A stretch of DNA of 64,000 nt from the human T2T-CHM13v2.0 reference genome, Homo sapiens: assembly GCF_009914755.1 (NCBI RefSeq), contig NC_060946.1; one strand, written 5' to 3'. The notes below the pieces were generated by a model. That model did no database searches, was not told the origin of the DNA, and saw only the letters and a list, made by a program, of their open reading frames with translations. Made by a program: the position numbers and the translations under genes. Position 1 is the stretch's first letter; each line of letters opens with the position of its first letter. This document shows, in pieces, positions 1-15,900 of this stretch.

Positions 1-398
1 TTTAGTTGATGCACAAGACAGTCCACAAAACAGTCTAACACCCAGGGAGAACCACTCAATGAGTTCTCTGTGGGGCTGTAACAGTAATCCTCTTATCTGC
101 ATGCAACTAGTACCTAGACATCACTTATCGATGACCTGTAACTGGCTTCAGCACAGACAGACTGGTTACCAAGTAAGACCCTGGGAGTGGAAAATCTGCT
201 CTGGGCATGTTTAAGTTTTTATGCTCTTCTCTTGTCAAATTAGCTGTAGTAACTTGCCAATAACACATTAAGACTTCTTTAAGGATCTGTCATTTAGTTT
301 AGTAGATGTCTTTAAAATGCATTATATTTCTATAGCAATTTAAATTATTACCTTGACATTACCTTACTTCCATGAATAAAGTAAGGGTGTGCACTTTA

Positions 399-718
<320 letters not shown>

Positions 719-1166
719 CTGCTTGCCACAAAAATTGCTCACTCGTGTCCTGCTTTCCAAAAATATAACTATTAAAAGTCCAGGAATATGAGCTTGGGTG
801 AAGGGAGCTTGTTCAGTTTTTAATAAGACTAAATTTAAACTATAAACCTTCATTTAAAATGGATTTTTATACTGCTTCAGGTCTCAAAAGAGAACATTAG
901 AATCCCCAAAGACTAAATCACTTGTCTCTTTTAAGAGTTATTGGAGCTGCATTATGCTGAAAGTGACAGTCTGGCTCTGTTCTGTTTGTTAATGCAGCAC
1001 AGATTTGCTGGCCAACTGCAACTGGCTGTAAGTCCTTATCGCAAATAAAACTATTTTTGTGCCATTTCTATTTTTCACTTAAACGTCACCAGCTCTTCAA
1101 GACTCAGGACCTGTCAAGTGTTCTGTTGCCAAGACTCTGCCTGTCAGAAAGGTCAGCATCCAGTAC

Positions 1167-1244
1167 CTTCCAGTTGGGTCCCAAAGGGCCTCTCTTGGTC
1201 TTGACTGACTGGAATAATGCTGGGTCTTCATCAGCTTTGTAGTC
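1167..1244 (-). CDS. PITPNB: PITPNB exon 8 (78 nt, [26 protein letters not shown]); gene continues beyond the left edge
   Basis: tttgcag|GAC TAC AAA GCT GAT GAA GAC CCA...AAC TGG AAG|gtactg. Contains the PITP EDP..F.S.KT.RGPL motif. Confidence 0.96.
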
Positions 1245-4200
1245 CTGCAAAGCAAAACAAAGTCAGAGGCAGAGAAGAAAACCAGAGAATATTCTTTAAC
1301 CGTGCCAGAATAGCTCTTCGCAGCTACCAAAACACAGGACAGAAATCAATTAGACTCACTGTGCTTTTGCGTAAAAGTAGAAAAATGCTTCTTTAAGACA
1401 CTGTTTTCAGTTTGGTTTCCTTTGCTTTAAACTTTTACCTTGGGCTAAATAACTACATAATAAGAAATAATAAAAGTCCTGGACTAGCAATCCATTCTGA
1501 CTGGTTACTGGACAGCTGTCTCCAATAACAAATCTTTCAACAGTTTTTTAAATAATTTAAGCATTTTGATATATGGATAATCACATTCAAAGAATAAAAC
1601 ATACCCATCCCAGTTTTGACACTACAGGTAGATGATGACACTGGACTGTTAATGCTGGCCAGAGCAACTACTGTGGCTGGGAACAAAATCAGAACTATCG
1701 ATTCTGCAGCACCCCCAACCTCTTCCTACAGCTGGGTCTGTGGTGGACATCTCAGTTTCTTGACTGGCTTCTCCAAACCCTTGTTCGAGAGCCCTGGGAT
1801 ACACATGGCTTGTCTTCCTCATAGAAGGACTGCACTCACGTCATCCCCTCACTGTCAAAGGAGGCGAAGGAGGGGTGTCACGGGACTGCCTCAGTTATAT
1901 ACCACAGGGGAAAGGCTCTAAAATGAAGGTTTTATTCAGGGTTCTAGTGTGTGTAAATTCTGTTTCCCTTAGTATATCTTTTTCCTGACAGAACGGAGGA
2001 AATGAAAAAAGAAAATCTTTTAAAATCTATCTGCTTTACAAAAGTTCTCTTGTCATTACACAAACACACACTCTCTCTCTCTCCAGAAAAAAAGATAAAA
2101 TTACTTTTGAAGAGCTAGAGCCCAGATTAATAACAATAAGAGAGACTTGCAACAATAACTTGACCGTGGTCGGTTGGTCAGTTTAAAACACTGCAAAGAA
2201 AGAGACAGCAGGGAGAGTCCTTTCCTTCTTGAGCAGACTTTCTGACTCTGGGGTCCTTCACAGAATTCGTGAAGAGACCCCATACTTAGTGAAAAATGCC
2301 CAGATGAGTCAGATATGAAACCTTAACTAAAAATCACTGTTCTAGAGATAAGGGCAGTATGAGCAAAAGCAAGAACTGAACATGCTCCACAGTATAATAC
2401 GAACTTTCCACAAATCAAACAACAACAACAACAACAAAACACGTTGAGAAGCAGCCACTCAAAACTCAACAGTTACTCAGTAAGTGCATATGCCATGTTA
2501 GTAATTCCTAAAGAGAAAGTTACAAATTATGTGAGGAAGGAAAAATGTTCAGTTCAGAGAGAAAACAAAACTTTAAAGAAAGATAAGTCTGTAAATATGT
2601 GACCCAGAACTTGAAGCCTCTCTAAAGGTTGTCTACAAAAAGGACCAACAATAAGCTCAAAGTATTAAACAGCAAATAGGTCTGGCTATACTGGGTCTTA
2701 ATGCTTTACAATATGCAATGTGGCATAGCCACAGGCATCAGCATTACCCAGGAACGACAAACTGGGATGGACAGTCTGCAAGGAGCTGGACAACTGGACT
2801 TACTTCCTATGTCTGGGCAAAGCAGCAGAAAGATCAGTTACTGTCAGCAAGTGTGAATTCTTAAACTACAATTTTGAACTGCATCCTAAAAATGAATAAC
2901 TCCACTTCTGATTGACAAAAGAATCAACTGTGTGTACAGGTGGTTTCAAGACCTGGATTCACAATGAGAAATAAGCTACTCTATTAACATAAATAAACCT
3001 GTAACACCATAAAACATTTTCTTCTGGTCAGAGGCTTGGAATTAAAACCTAAAAGCAAGCTCATTTTCTTTTTCAAACATTGAAAGTATTTAACATTGTA
3101 TCAAATAATCACTTTCAGCATCATTTCCCTCAATCAAAATCTAGTTATTGAACAGCCACCATATAGAAGGTAGCACACCAGACGTTATTAGTAAGAGGTA
3201 ATTCAAGGAAACAGATAAAGTAAAAGAGAACTAACACAGTTCTGGCTCCTAAAGAATCAGTCTAGTTGGGATAAAGAAAGAAGCAAGCAAAGAACAGGTA
3301 ACTCAAACCCCAGGAAGTACCTGTTAACTGCCAACAGAGAATGGAGACAATTACTGTCAGAATCAAAACCAAACAAAAGCAGCAAAGGAAACACACTTTT
3401 AAAATGAATTTTAAAATCATGTTTAACAGGAGAAAAATGTGAACTATGGATTCACAGAATCATAGAAGTAAAGTGAACCTTAAAGACCACCCAAGCTCCT
3501 TCATTTGACAGATGCTAAAACCACAGTCTGACGAGGAAGTGGTAGGGCTCACCTACCCCAGCACTTCAACTCAATCCTCCTTAGCCTCAGTCCTGGGCAC
3601 ATTCTGGTACACCTCACAGGATGATGGCAAAAGGTGTCAACAAATGCCAGACAATCAAACCACATTTCAAAAATACCAAGAAGCCGCAGCACTAGAGATA
3701 TCAAAGTGGATTTTCCTATGAAGTACAACTGTGTGTATGTAAAATATCATACACATATACATATGTATATATGAAATGAAGTCTTCCCCTCTCTGCTTTT
3801 TCTCCTCTTGAATACAAAGCAGAAAATATTAAAGATATTATATTGAAAACGTAACAAAACCCAATTATTAACAATAGCACTTTAACCTTGAAAGATGAGA
3901 ATAATGAATCTTGTCAAGACCCAGGAATTTCTGTTTTACGTTAGTTTGAATATGAAGAATACGTAAATGTTTAATCAGCTGAATTAAGTTGCAAGATATT
4001 AAGAAGCAGGAAGTAGCTTTTTAACAACCTCAGTTTTGTATTTCCACAACAAACACCTAATTTTTTGAACAGTATTTTCTTTGCTACATTTTCACTATTG
4101 GGTATCTAGTTTGGTCTTGCTGTATCTGAAAACTGGCCAATTTATATCCGTATCACAATGAACAAATATATTCCTTCATGTATGACAGTTTCAGCATACA

Positions 4201-7200
4201 GAATGCAACCTCAGCTACCAATTATAGCTGCAAATGAGCAATAGTGTGGAATGAGACAGCCTGCTGGCTTTGTTAGTATTCTGTCTCCTTTGGGATCCCA
4301 TGGGGAAAGGGGAGGCTCTGATGAAGAGAAGCCCTTGGCTCATGGTTTATTGTGCTTGCCACCAGCTGCAGACTTCTCATCTCATTAGTTCTTTTAGAAT
4401 ACTGTGGGTGAAGACAGCTGTAGCCTACTTGAGTCTTCAGCTCCTGGGTATTCTGAAGGCTGAATTTGCTATGCACTTTCTGTAATCCTTGGGGAAAAAA
4501 GAGAGCAAATTCACCAGGCCAAGGAAATGCATTTTTAAAATGGGTTTTAAAATCATGTTTAAAAGTAGAAAAATCTTATTGCTAAAGTGCACTGTGTTTA
4601 AAATTTTTTATGATTCAATTTTAATTATCTGTATAATGCCCAGAGGCCTGGCCAGAATAAGGGCTTAGTAAAACCATCATTATCAAGTTAGGTGTAATAT
4701 CCCTAGACACTACTTGCTCCACCAATAATAGTGCCTGAACAAAGAAAAAATACAATAGTATCAGCATAAGGTATATTCGGATTAGTGTTAATACAACTCT
4801 ATTTAATTGAAAACTCTTATTTAAGAAAAAAAGGCAGGATAGCCTTCGGAGAACAAAACAAAATATAATATGGTAAATAAATGGATTACTGAGTCTCCAC
4901 ACTGGAGCCACAGAATACACTCATTAATTTCTTATAAATAACTGTTTTCTGTCACTGGAATACAAAAGTTGTGCTACTTCTTGGGTGTACATCTGTTACT
5001 ACAGATCTCAACAGAAACTCTCAATAGAAACCGGATTCATTTCGAATACAAAGAATATTAGTTTCATGAATCTTTGAGTACAGTGGCTGCCCCCAAAAAT
5101 GAAAGTACAAAATCTGTCTGTGCTGAGCCAAACTAAATGTCCCTGAGCCCAGATTTAACTCCTAATTATGAATGGGGAAGTGAGTAGGAGGTGGGGGGCA
5201 GGCTGGTAGGAGTTTCTTGACAGCTTGTGGAAAAATTGAGATGAGCTCCAGACACCAGAAACTGCTTAAATAACCATGCATGGGTTACTAGAGGTGAGGC
5301 TAAGTGTAAACTAAGGAAAAGAGGACCCAAACCACAAGCATTAGCAACTCCTTGGCACCTGCTTATAAAAGATCAACCCCTATTTTCTATCCTGTGGAGA
5401 GGGGGTGTTTTACTGGGCAAACATAAAAGCTTGAGAGAGACATTAGGATCCTGCAGCCTGTTATATAAAATGCTTTCCTTTAGCATACAATGATTAATTA
5501 GGTGTCTATTAAAATAGCTCAAAGATAATCATTAAGTTTTAAATGCATGGGTATTGCAGTTCAACTTAGCAAGGCTTATTTCCTCTAATCACATCCTAAA
5601 AATAAAGCCCAGGATGGGGAATAAAGCTGAATTAAATATGAAGATAAATAACAAACATCATTTATTAGCACTGCCCTGAATTTTCCAGTATTGTGGCACC
5701 TAAATGAGTTCCTGGATCCTATCACTGTTGACCCTAATGCCAAACGAATAACTAACTCAAGCTGACAAAATTCAAGCGAGACTCCAAAGAGTAAGTAAGC
5801 CCATTAAAAAAAAGTTTACATTAAATTTTGCAAAAGCAAATAACAGAGGTGTAAAGAGAAATAACATTTACTAACTTGTTTAAGAAACTGATTTCAACAG
5901 TTATTTTCAAATAAGCAGCTTTCTTTTCTATTTTTAATTACATCTCCCCAGTGACTCCTCAACCTTTCAGGTTCCCACAGAGTACCATTAATATAGTATA
6001 AGTAAATCTCATTAATTCAGGTCCTACTACCTTGGAATACATAATCATTCAGACAGGGGCTGGGCTGAAGTTTATCTTTGCATGATCTATGAAAAAAAGA
6101 TTTGCTACACAAATTAATAGAGTAACAAGATCTCAGGAGGGCTGTTTAAACAGTTCAGAAGTGTTTTAGAGCAATTCAGAAGCATTCATTTGCATATAAT
6201 TATTATGCTAATTACAAATCATTCTTATCTATTCATTAAAGCAGATTCCCAAAGGACCACTAATTGTCAATAACTTGTTGGCCTAGTTTCTGTTACTGAA
6301 TGTACCTCAGAGGGACAAAACTGCATTAAAAAATATTCTATAATTCAGTCCTCTCATTAAACCTTACTGGCTTTCCACCAATGAATCCTAAAAGCTGAAT
6401 TTTAAACAACTGTATTGAGAACTGAGAAATGCAGTCAAATCTACACCCCTGAACATAACACTTTTTTTTTTTGGTAATCTTTCTGATCTCAAAGAGACCC
6501 TCCATAGAGTCCTGAGATGGTGGGGGTGAGCCTGGCATGTGGGTGGTGGGAGCACTGCTAGGCTAGAGCACAACTAAACTAATCGTTCATTCCATTCTTT
6601 CTGATCTTATCCTTATCCCCAACACTGTCATGTTTATGGAGGCAGACTCCTAAAGCCTTTGGAAGGATACAAATTAATAGAGAAAGAGAAAGAAATCAGA
6701 ATTTCAGCCCCAAGAAAAGGTTACAAACAGATGGCTATGTGATACACTCCATATCCTACAACACAGCAAGGAAACCAAATAGCTGTGCTCCAGGATAAGA
6801 TGAGAAAGTGAGGCCCAATGGAGCAAGCTCTTGAGATTCCTGTATAGCCCAGAGCTACTGGGGCTAGTGAGCTGCCTTAAGCAGCTGCCCATGGGCTACA
6901 CCCCAGCACTCTCCTCAGGGGGAGGTGGGTTCCTGCTTTGGGCAGTTCATGCACAAATATAGAATATATTTATTATTGTAATATTGTATTTATTACTAGT
7001 ATATGTTTATATATTATAACACTTAAAAATGAAGATATTTCAAACTCTACTACCAATGAAATGAGTTTTAACAAGTTAATTCCATAAAGGTGTTTGTTAA
7101 ACATTACATATTTTAAAATTATACTGCATATACCTGAAATGTAAGTGATACATTTAGAAAAGTTTTATTTACAAAAAGGCATGTTTCCTTAAATGACAGT

Positions 7201-8018
7201 AAATCACTGAACATATTATATCAATTTCCTTAAACTGAAATGGGGGAAAACACCCTAGTAAAAATTCAGAGTGAGCCCTCTCTCACTCTGAATGTTAGTC
7301 CATGATTTGGCCTTTAGCTTCTAAGTCCCAAGATTCCATTTAGTCCATTAGCATTAAGTTAACAAATATTCAACATGAAAAAGTTAAAATATGAAAAAAA
7401 TTAAACATTTTTTTAAAGTAAGAACAAAATCCAATAAGCAACATCATTCCTGCTACCATTTTGAAGCACACACTTATGTGTCAGGCCCCCACATTCTCCC
7501 AGTTAATGCTCAAAAACTTGAAATAAAGGTACTGGACTATCACCACCACTAGGGGCAGGGAAGTGAAATTCTTTGCCAGAGTCCACCATCACTGAGCAGA
7601 AGAGCCAGGACTCAGATGCTGCCCTGTCTGACACCAAAGCCAACCATGATCCTTTATTGAAAAAATGTGATTTACATTCTACCATTTGATTAGACTCAAG
7701 TACCTGAAGGGACGCTTGCTCCCTCTCAGCCTAGGGAGCCTTCCTTAAAAAAGAGTTTACATGGCTGAAAAGGGGCTTTTATAAGAAATGCACTGTAAAA
7801 ACTTGACTTGGAGCTGTTTATGCTTATTTCTTTACAAATATCTGCCATGAGCTGCTCAAAAACATTTTCTGACTCTCAGAGAATTTTATCCCCCACCCAA
7901 GGAACTAGAGCAAATCCTATTCACACCCCCATCACCTCCATTACCCTCCCCGCCTTTTTACTTTTAAAACATGGAAGAAATTAGGAATAAACCTTAAATT
8001 AATAATGGTTTCTAGTGA

Positions 8019-8347
<329 letters not shown>

Positions 8348-9243
8348 TTAATAAAATTTTAAAATCCTTGCTAATGTTTAAGCAAGCACGACATAAGCAA
8401 TATGTTGTTTTCCCACAAGAGGGCACTATCCAACCATGCCTTCGAATATAGTGGACATTCTCTAAATCTACTACTGGAAATGATCTGAAAGTGTGTGACC
8501 ATGTAAGGCAGTGGAATAATGTAGGAAACATTTTCACATTTCTTTTTAATAGAAAACATGCCTACATTTATTTATATCTTCTTTGAAGATGGGGGAAAAA
8601 TCTCTAACTTACTACAAAAGACCTTGACAACAGTCTGTTTCACAGTAAAGGCAAGATGAGACAGGCGTTTGGCAAACAGAAATTTCTTAAGCATAAGCAA
8701 AATCACTGCTACCACAAAACGTGTATTTGAGGTGCTTTCTCCCTAAGTTCAGGAAAGCTACTATCACATGCATTCATCTTGAGTTAGGAGCTGGGTCACA
8801 ATTCTCATGTTTTTATTATGCACACATAATAAAGAGTTTTTGGATCACACACCCTAGTGATAAGTAACACATTTTTAAGACAGAAATGAACGTCTAGGTT
8901 CATTTTAACAGCAAAAAGACATGGTACTCTACTGAGATCAAGTGTGTCTCTGCTCATGCTGAAGAAAACAACCAAAGCAGCATTTGGCAACCATAGGCCC
9001 GGCTAGGACTGGCTGGATCTCAGCCACAGACTTCTAATAAACAAAAGCTCTTTTCAGGTCTAAAGAGCCGGGTAGCCACTGCACAGCTCCAAGAAGCAGA
9101 AAGCCCTTCTTAGGAAATAAGCAGCAGCAGTTGGAACAAATGTAACATCTAAAACACAGGAGCTTCTTGAAAGCTGTGAGAGAGAACCAAAAGGACTGCT
9201 GACCATTTAGGGTATCATCTACCAAAAATTAATTTGGAGGATA

Positions 9244-9327
9244 TATTAGGTTGACCCATAAGAAAACGTCATTTCTGTAGCTCAAAAGCTTACAAATACT
9301 AACAACTTCACATGGCTTCAACCAATA
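9244..9327. mobile_element. MADE2-like mariner MITE
   Basis: TATTAGGTTGACCCATAAGAAA...TTCACATGGCTTCAACCAATA: degenerate TIRs, ~80 bp long. Confidence 0.75.
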
Positions 9328-10909
9328 TTTAACTTTTTCTGGTCATGTTCCATCATTCTTTTTCATTTTGAAAAGAAAAAAGTTTTAATATTATAAAGAT
9401 TATTTAGAGAGTGCAATGACGAAGTTTAGTAAAGCATGTGTTACCAAGACTATCTACACAAGTATGTAACATCTGGGCATTGTCTCAGAGAATGTATGAT
9501 CAAAAGAAAAGATACACCAAATCCTTCTGAGAGCACAAGAGACAAGCACTGCTTAAGGTGTGACCAAAACTTACATGCCCCTAAGATTCAATCCAAATAA
9601 ATTAAACCAAGTTTCATCAGTTTGCCAACTTTTAGAAAATAATATGTTTAAAAAGAGCAAAATACCTTTTTTTTAAACAATATACACCCATGGTTTAAAA
9701 CAATTAAGAAGTGTCAGATTGCTCACTAAAAAAACTCAAAAAATGGAATGGTATGTTCGAAATGAAAAGAACTAAATGTATGGAAAAGCAAATCATTTAT
9801 GTTCATTCCCAAAGGCAACTGAAATTTCAAAAAACAGGTACTGGCTTAGTATATTCCTGCCCTCAACTAAAACAGGACACTGTTCTTACTACCAAGACAT
9901 ACTCACCAAATAAAGAACAAGCAAAAAGTACAAACTTTAAAGACCAATTCAGTTTCTTTGACATCACAATCCTTAAAAAGATTAACCTGAGACTTCTACA
10001 AAGCTGCTCAGAAACAGTTTAGATAAGCCCAACAATCCCATTATAGTCCTTTGACAAGCAATTAAAATGTCTGTTCATTTAGTAAACTGCAAAACTCCAA
10101 AACTCGTGGCTCCGATTAGTCTTTGAACTTTGACTATGGCTGCAGCCTGGTGCCCAGCACTGGTCTGTATCAGCTGTAAGGAAAAATAACCCTCTGGTGA
10201 AGGAGCACTCACATACTACACAACCAACAGTTGGAACTTGTAAGTCACTTATACACACTTCAGCATGTCCGCGATTAAGAAACTCACTCTCTTTAGACAG
10301 ATACAATTGTTCCTTTAACTGGAGAAAGATTTATCCACAGTAACACAAAACAAACAGTAAGTTCCAATAAATGTTTATTAAATGAACAAATGAGAAAATG
10401 TATGAGTGGTGTTCCCTGTAAGTACCCACACCAAAACACATCTTTGGGTGTCCAATCCTTTTACTCTATTGCACATATGCGAACTTCAAAATACATCAGA
10501 GTTCAGCAGTTGTGGGAGGAGCTGACCAAGACTACTACTGATAAAAACTGGGGTTTCAGGGGACTAGGGAAGAGGGATGGAAGAACAGCTGCTGCCTGTT
10601 TCCTTCAAATAAATTAAGAATGCTCTTAATCAACATATTGCAAAGGAAGAAACATCATACAGCAAAAAGTTGTTCTCGAATGACAAAAATAAAGTCAGGA
10701 GCTCTGCATTAGAGTCCTGGCTCCCCTTCCACTGCTTACATGGCTGGGGAGTTACAGCAGTTCCCTGGGCTACAAATTCTTTTAACAGTAAAAATAAAGG
10801 TTGAGGGGAATATTGTTGGACCATGGCCTCCAACTGAGATTCCTTCTGCTTCCAAAATCCTAGAAGGGTGCCTATGCTACAATCTTCACCATTAATAATG
10901 TATACTAGA

Positions 10910-11062
10910 ATGCAGCTTCTCAAAGGTGGGCATGCGCAGGAATGGCCTGGAGGGCCAGAAAGAGCCCTGAGCCCTACTCCAAAGATTCTAAACAGGGAAG
11001 GGGCAACAAATTTGCATTTCTAATAAGCTGCCTGCGGGCAGACCACACTTGAATGCAAAGGG
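10910..11062. mobile_element. MER5-like hAT element (degenerate)
   Basis: CAGCTTCTCAAAG...TTTGCATTTCTAATAAGCT...GACCACACTTGAA. Confidence 0.55.
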
Positions 11063-12641
11063 ACTCAGGGTTTTGGCTTGAGTCCTAATAAAGGCTTTGA
11101 CAGGCAAGCTCTGAAGTTAGCTAAAAATGCTCCCCAGCGACCCTCAGGGGCTCTAAAAAGAACCACCTCTTAACTTCCAGGCAATCTTCAGAGAACTGGA
11201 CTAGTGGACAGACCCAACCCACAACTGGAAGTCATGCATGTACAGACCTGCCTAATGACCATGGTCTCCAAAGGAGACCAAACTGGGGACAGGACGGGGG
11301 AGGTGTGAGTGAGCTGGACTCAGCAGAGGTGATTCAGGTGTTGCAAAGGAGGCTGAGCTGATTATCAGCAGCCTCATGCTCCCACTTGGGAGTGCCTGTG
11401 TCCTCTGGGGTATTAAGAAAAAAAATGTGACTAGTGAGTGGACCCACAGCTTTGCTGCAGAAGCTGGTGCTGAAAAAGCTGCTTGCACGAAGTGTTTCTG
11501 CTGGAAAGAGATGTTGCAGACTGGTCCAGAGTCTCAACAGCAGCAACAACCCAGGGACCACACAGTGTAGGGAGGGAAGGCTGGCTGCCTGGGGCAGGCA
11601 GGAGGGCTGCAGCACTCGAAGCCCGTAATTGTGTCCCCATTACCCCCTGGGGGGGACATCTGCAAATGAGGAAAGGTACCAGAAAAAAGGATGGAGATTT
11701 TGGGTAAATATGACAGTGGAAATTATATTCATGGGCAGGTAAGGAAGAGGCACATGAGAGTAACAACTAGTGTGAAGTTAAAAAGGACAAAAAGATGAAC
11801 GTGATATGAATGAAATCTGAGCTTTATCTTAGGAGCACAACAAACTTACTGCGTAGCCCACAAAACAGGGACCCCTCCTACTCTGCAGGGAAGTTCCCTA
11901 TCAATCAGGGCATACCCTGCACATTCTGTGACCCAAAACGAATATGGCACACGAGTTTCTAGCTTGTGTCTCTTCCTTTCAAGAACATCATCCTTGGTGA
12001 TGCTGAAAAGCCATGGTCTTGGCACTGTGGTCACACAATGCTAATGCTTGATCTTGAACCATCTCATTTAGGAAAAATTTCACCATGAACTGAAGCATTA
12101 CACTCAAACATGCTGAAAGACGAGGGGAAAAATTTCATTCTCTCTTTAAATTTGATTCATTTCAATATTAAATGGATCCCGATTTTTAAACTACATCTCT
12201 CAATTTAATGCTTTTATATCATTATTTCCTTATTATTAACATGTAAAAAACACTCAGATGTTAAGGTGCATCACTTTTAGGTATGTAAGCCTTAAAATTT
12301 TGGATTAAACATTGTTTCTACTTAAAAAGTACCTTGAAAATTATACAAATAAAGTCACATAGTATGTACTATAGAGGAAGGCTGATACAATCCTTTCTTG
12401 TTATACATAAATATCTAAAAATGTGGTTCCAATTTCTTTTTTTTTTTCTAAACCATGCTCATTTTCTTTCAAATTACTTCCAAAAACGAAGGTCTCTCTG
12501 ATGTTAATCGTGTGTATACTTCAGCTTACACTTTAAAGAGTCTTCCTCTCCCGGGAAGTGACTTTTGTATATAAATCATGGAAAGCTACTTAGACAAAGT
12601 GCTGGAGATGATTAAAAAGAGCCAGATTCAAATTTATACCT

Positions 12642-12666
12642 AAAAAAAAAAAAAAAAAAAAAAAAA
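12642..12666. repeat. Poly(A)25 not attached to an Alu
   Basis: Uninterrupted A run; reads as poly-U in the PITPNB pre-mRNA. Confidence 0.9.
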
Positions 12667-12890
12667 GCAGAAGCAGATGTCAACTGACTCATTTGTGTAT
12701 ATTTTGGAAATGTGCTGAAGATATGCATGTGCATTTCATCAGGACATTTAAGGAATCCTAAACTTTTTACTGTGGTTGTGTATCAGTGACAACTTTAGAA
12801 ATTAAAAAACTTTAAAACTTACACTGTGGTGTTTTATGCTGGATACTCCTGGTTCTTACTACAATTTGATCTAACCAAAACACTTTTTAA

Positions 12891-13103
<213 letters not shown>

Positions 13104-15134
13104 TAAGGCATATAATATATATCTTATCCAGAATTACTAAAGAAGGAATTAAAGTAGATTTTATTTTTTCATTTACTATTTGAACAATAAAAACTTCAAC
13201 TCCTCCAAAAAGCCTTTTCTTCTTCTTTTTTATAATACTAGACAGAAAAAACATTTGCAAATTCTCTCTGATCTACCAAACCTTTATGGAAGAGCTTATG
13301 CCACGCCATGCATCCAGCATCTTGCTAGGTCCTGGAAACAGAAATGATGAGTACAGTACAATCCTGACCGCCAAGAGGCATCTAGCTTACTGAGGAAGAC
13401 TTTTAGAAGTGATGCCTGGGTTTAAAACAAGGGGCTCTGAGGATGGAGAGGGCGTGAGGTGTGTCCTGCTGGAGCATGGTGTACTCTGTGACCACTGGGA
13501 TGACCAGCAGAAGGACGCTTCCCTCTTAAAGGATATAACAACTTAATAACACTTCACTACAATGTCACTTTCTCTTGAAACAGGAAATCCGTTTCCTATG
13601 GTAGGTACATTCTGAAGGGACAAAAGATACTAAGTGAGGACATTATGCAGAAATCCCAGACTACTTGGCTTCTTTCATCAGGAAGTGATGTAGCTTCTAG
13701 AAAATTACAGAGAACAGTGGCTAAAGCAATAGTCATATACAGACTTCCCACAAGTCATCAACAAAAAGTCTTAATGACCCATATATTTAAATACATATGA
13801 TTTTTGTAGCAAACTACTCTGTGACCCTAGGTCACACTGACAGATTTTTAAAACAAATCCTTGTTCCTAGAGTTATTGTGATGATGTCACCCTCCAATTA
13901 TGTAAACATGTCAAAGCATCCACTCAAGTATTCAGTTATGCCATGAGTCAAATCCCATCTCTTCTCTGCATGGTGAAGTATAGTTCATAAACACTACCAA
14001 AGACAGCAAATCTACAAGAGTGGTATACAAGCCACCTGACAACCTAGCTGAGAGAGTTAAATCTTAAGAGTAATCAACAATCACTCTGAATTAAAATATT
14101 TGGGGCTGCATTTGTATTACATTCACCTGCAGTGACAGAAAGCCCCCACCAGGTGGAGTTTCAAATTCTTGGTTTCTTGCACTCCCAACTATTTCATGTT
14201 TGTCCTGACTCTGAGGACTTCACTCAAATTTAATAATGCAGCTGTTTTCTTTCTTTTTAAAAGCAAGTAATATGAAAGAAACTCAACCATTTAACTTTTT
14301 TTTTAATTAGCTCACTCAAGAAAAACCAGAAGTCATTAAATACAGAATGAAAAATCACTGATTAAATCAGACTGAGACAAAAATCTCCAGGAGTCAAGGT
14401 GCCACAAGTACAAACTTTGAGGATCACTATACCTTCAGAAGGTCTTCCTAATTTTCTTTTTCCAAATCACCACCAACACATTCATTTAAGGGAGAAAAGG
14501 TCAAATCATGAAATTTTAAATTGGGTAAGACTATAGACAGTGATTTACCTGACTTCTGGATATTCACAACTGCATAGGTAACCAGATTCTACATGTGAGG
14601 TGTTACCACTAAACACAGGCGCATTAGAGGAACATGAATTCCCAGTAGTCACACGATCTCCCATTCAGAAGGTGCTGCCCTTTGGTCATAAAAATAGTGT
14701 TGAGAAAAACGCAGGTTCTAGCTACAGCCTCCTAGTACAGGCCCAGACATGATGGTGGTCTTGTGAAAGGGGATCATTCCCTGTTTACAAAGCAAGAGAG
14801 TCAGGCTCCCAGCTGAGCTGCAGGGTAAGAGCTGGGGCTGACTGAAGGGGTAGGATCTGGATCTGGCCATTCAACCATCCAACCTGAGCCTCCACAAGCT
14901 GTCCTCTGGTCCCCGGAACAAGACAGACTCAGCAAATCTAGGAAGGAGATTCTGCTCCAATATCCCCACCCACCCCACCTCCCCAGGTCTAACAGGCGAC
15001 CCAATCCATGGGGTGCAGCCCCACCCCCACTCAATCCCACACCCACTTACTGGCCTATTCATAGTTACTAAGCTCTCGATTCTAGTGTCACTCCAATCCT
15101 TAAAGAGCAAGTTTTAGGCACTAAACATTGACTG

Positions 15135-15358
15135 CTGGTATGGCAGATGCATCCTAAAGTAAACCCCTCCCTGCCATAAGTCACCCTCATGTAATTCCCT
15201 CCCGTTAAGTGCAAGCAGAACCGCTAACCTGCTTCTAAGCCACAGACTGTGGCAAAGGTAATGGGAGGCCATTCCCTTAATTAATCAAACTAATCAGGTC
15301 ACATTACCCAGCCACTAAATATGTAGTGATCTCTTATGCAGCAACAGAAACCATACAG
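15135..15358 (+). mobile_element. MLT1-type MaLR LTR remnant
   Basis: CCTGCTTCTAAGCCACAGACTGTGGCAAAGGTAATGGGA...TATGCAGCAACAGAAACCATACA. Confidence 0.55.
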
Positions 15359-15429
15359 TTGGTGAGAGGAGTTTATCCCCTGATCCACTGCACACATCTC
15401 TGTCAGACCTCAACTCTTCCATCCCATTC

Positions 15430-15900
15430 CTGTCCTAAGGGAAATCACTATTAATGGCATCTTATGCATTCTTCTTGATAGTCCATACATAACTAAGCAA
15501 ACTATTTTTCTCCCTTTTAATATAACAAATGGAAGCATATTATACATACTTCTTTGTCTTTCTCCCTCCAGGTTGTCTTGAAAAGGATTCTCCATCAGTA
15601 CAAATAGAGCTCACTCCCTTTTAATGATTGCACTGAACTCCATCACATGAGTGTGCCACAATGATTTTAATCAGTTCCCGATTGATAAAGAAACACTTAG
15701 ACTTCTGATCCTAGGTTTATACACCTGTCACTTTACAGTGGGTAGAGTTAATTCCTAGAAGCAGAATTTTGCTGGGTCAACAGGCTATGTACACTTGTAA
15801 TTCTGCTAGACTAGCAACAGTTCCACTAATTTACATTCCCACAGACAATGTATGGGAGTGCCTGCTTCCTCATCCCTTGCCAACCCAGGTGTTATCAAAA
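15430..15900 (-). mobile_element. Old L1ME-like fragment
   Basis: ATTCCTAGAAGCAGAA..TGCTGGGTCAA, TTTACATTCCCACAGACAATGTATGGGAGTGCC. Confidence 0.6.
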
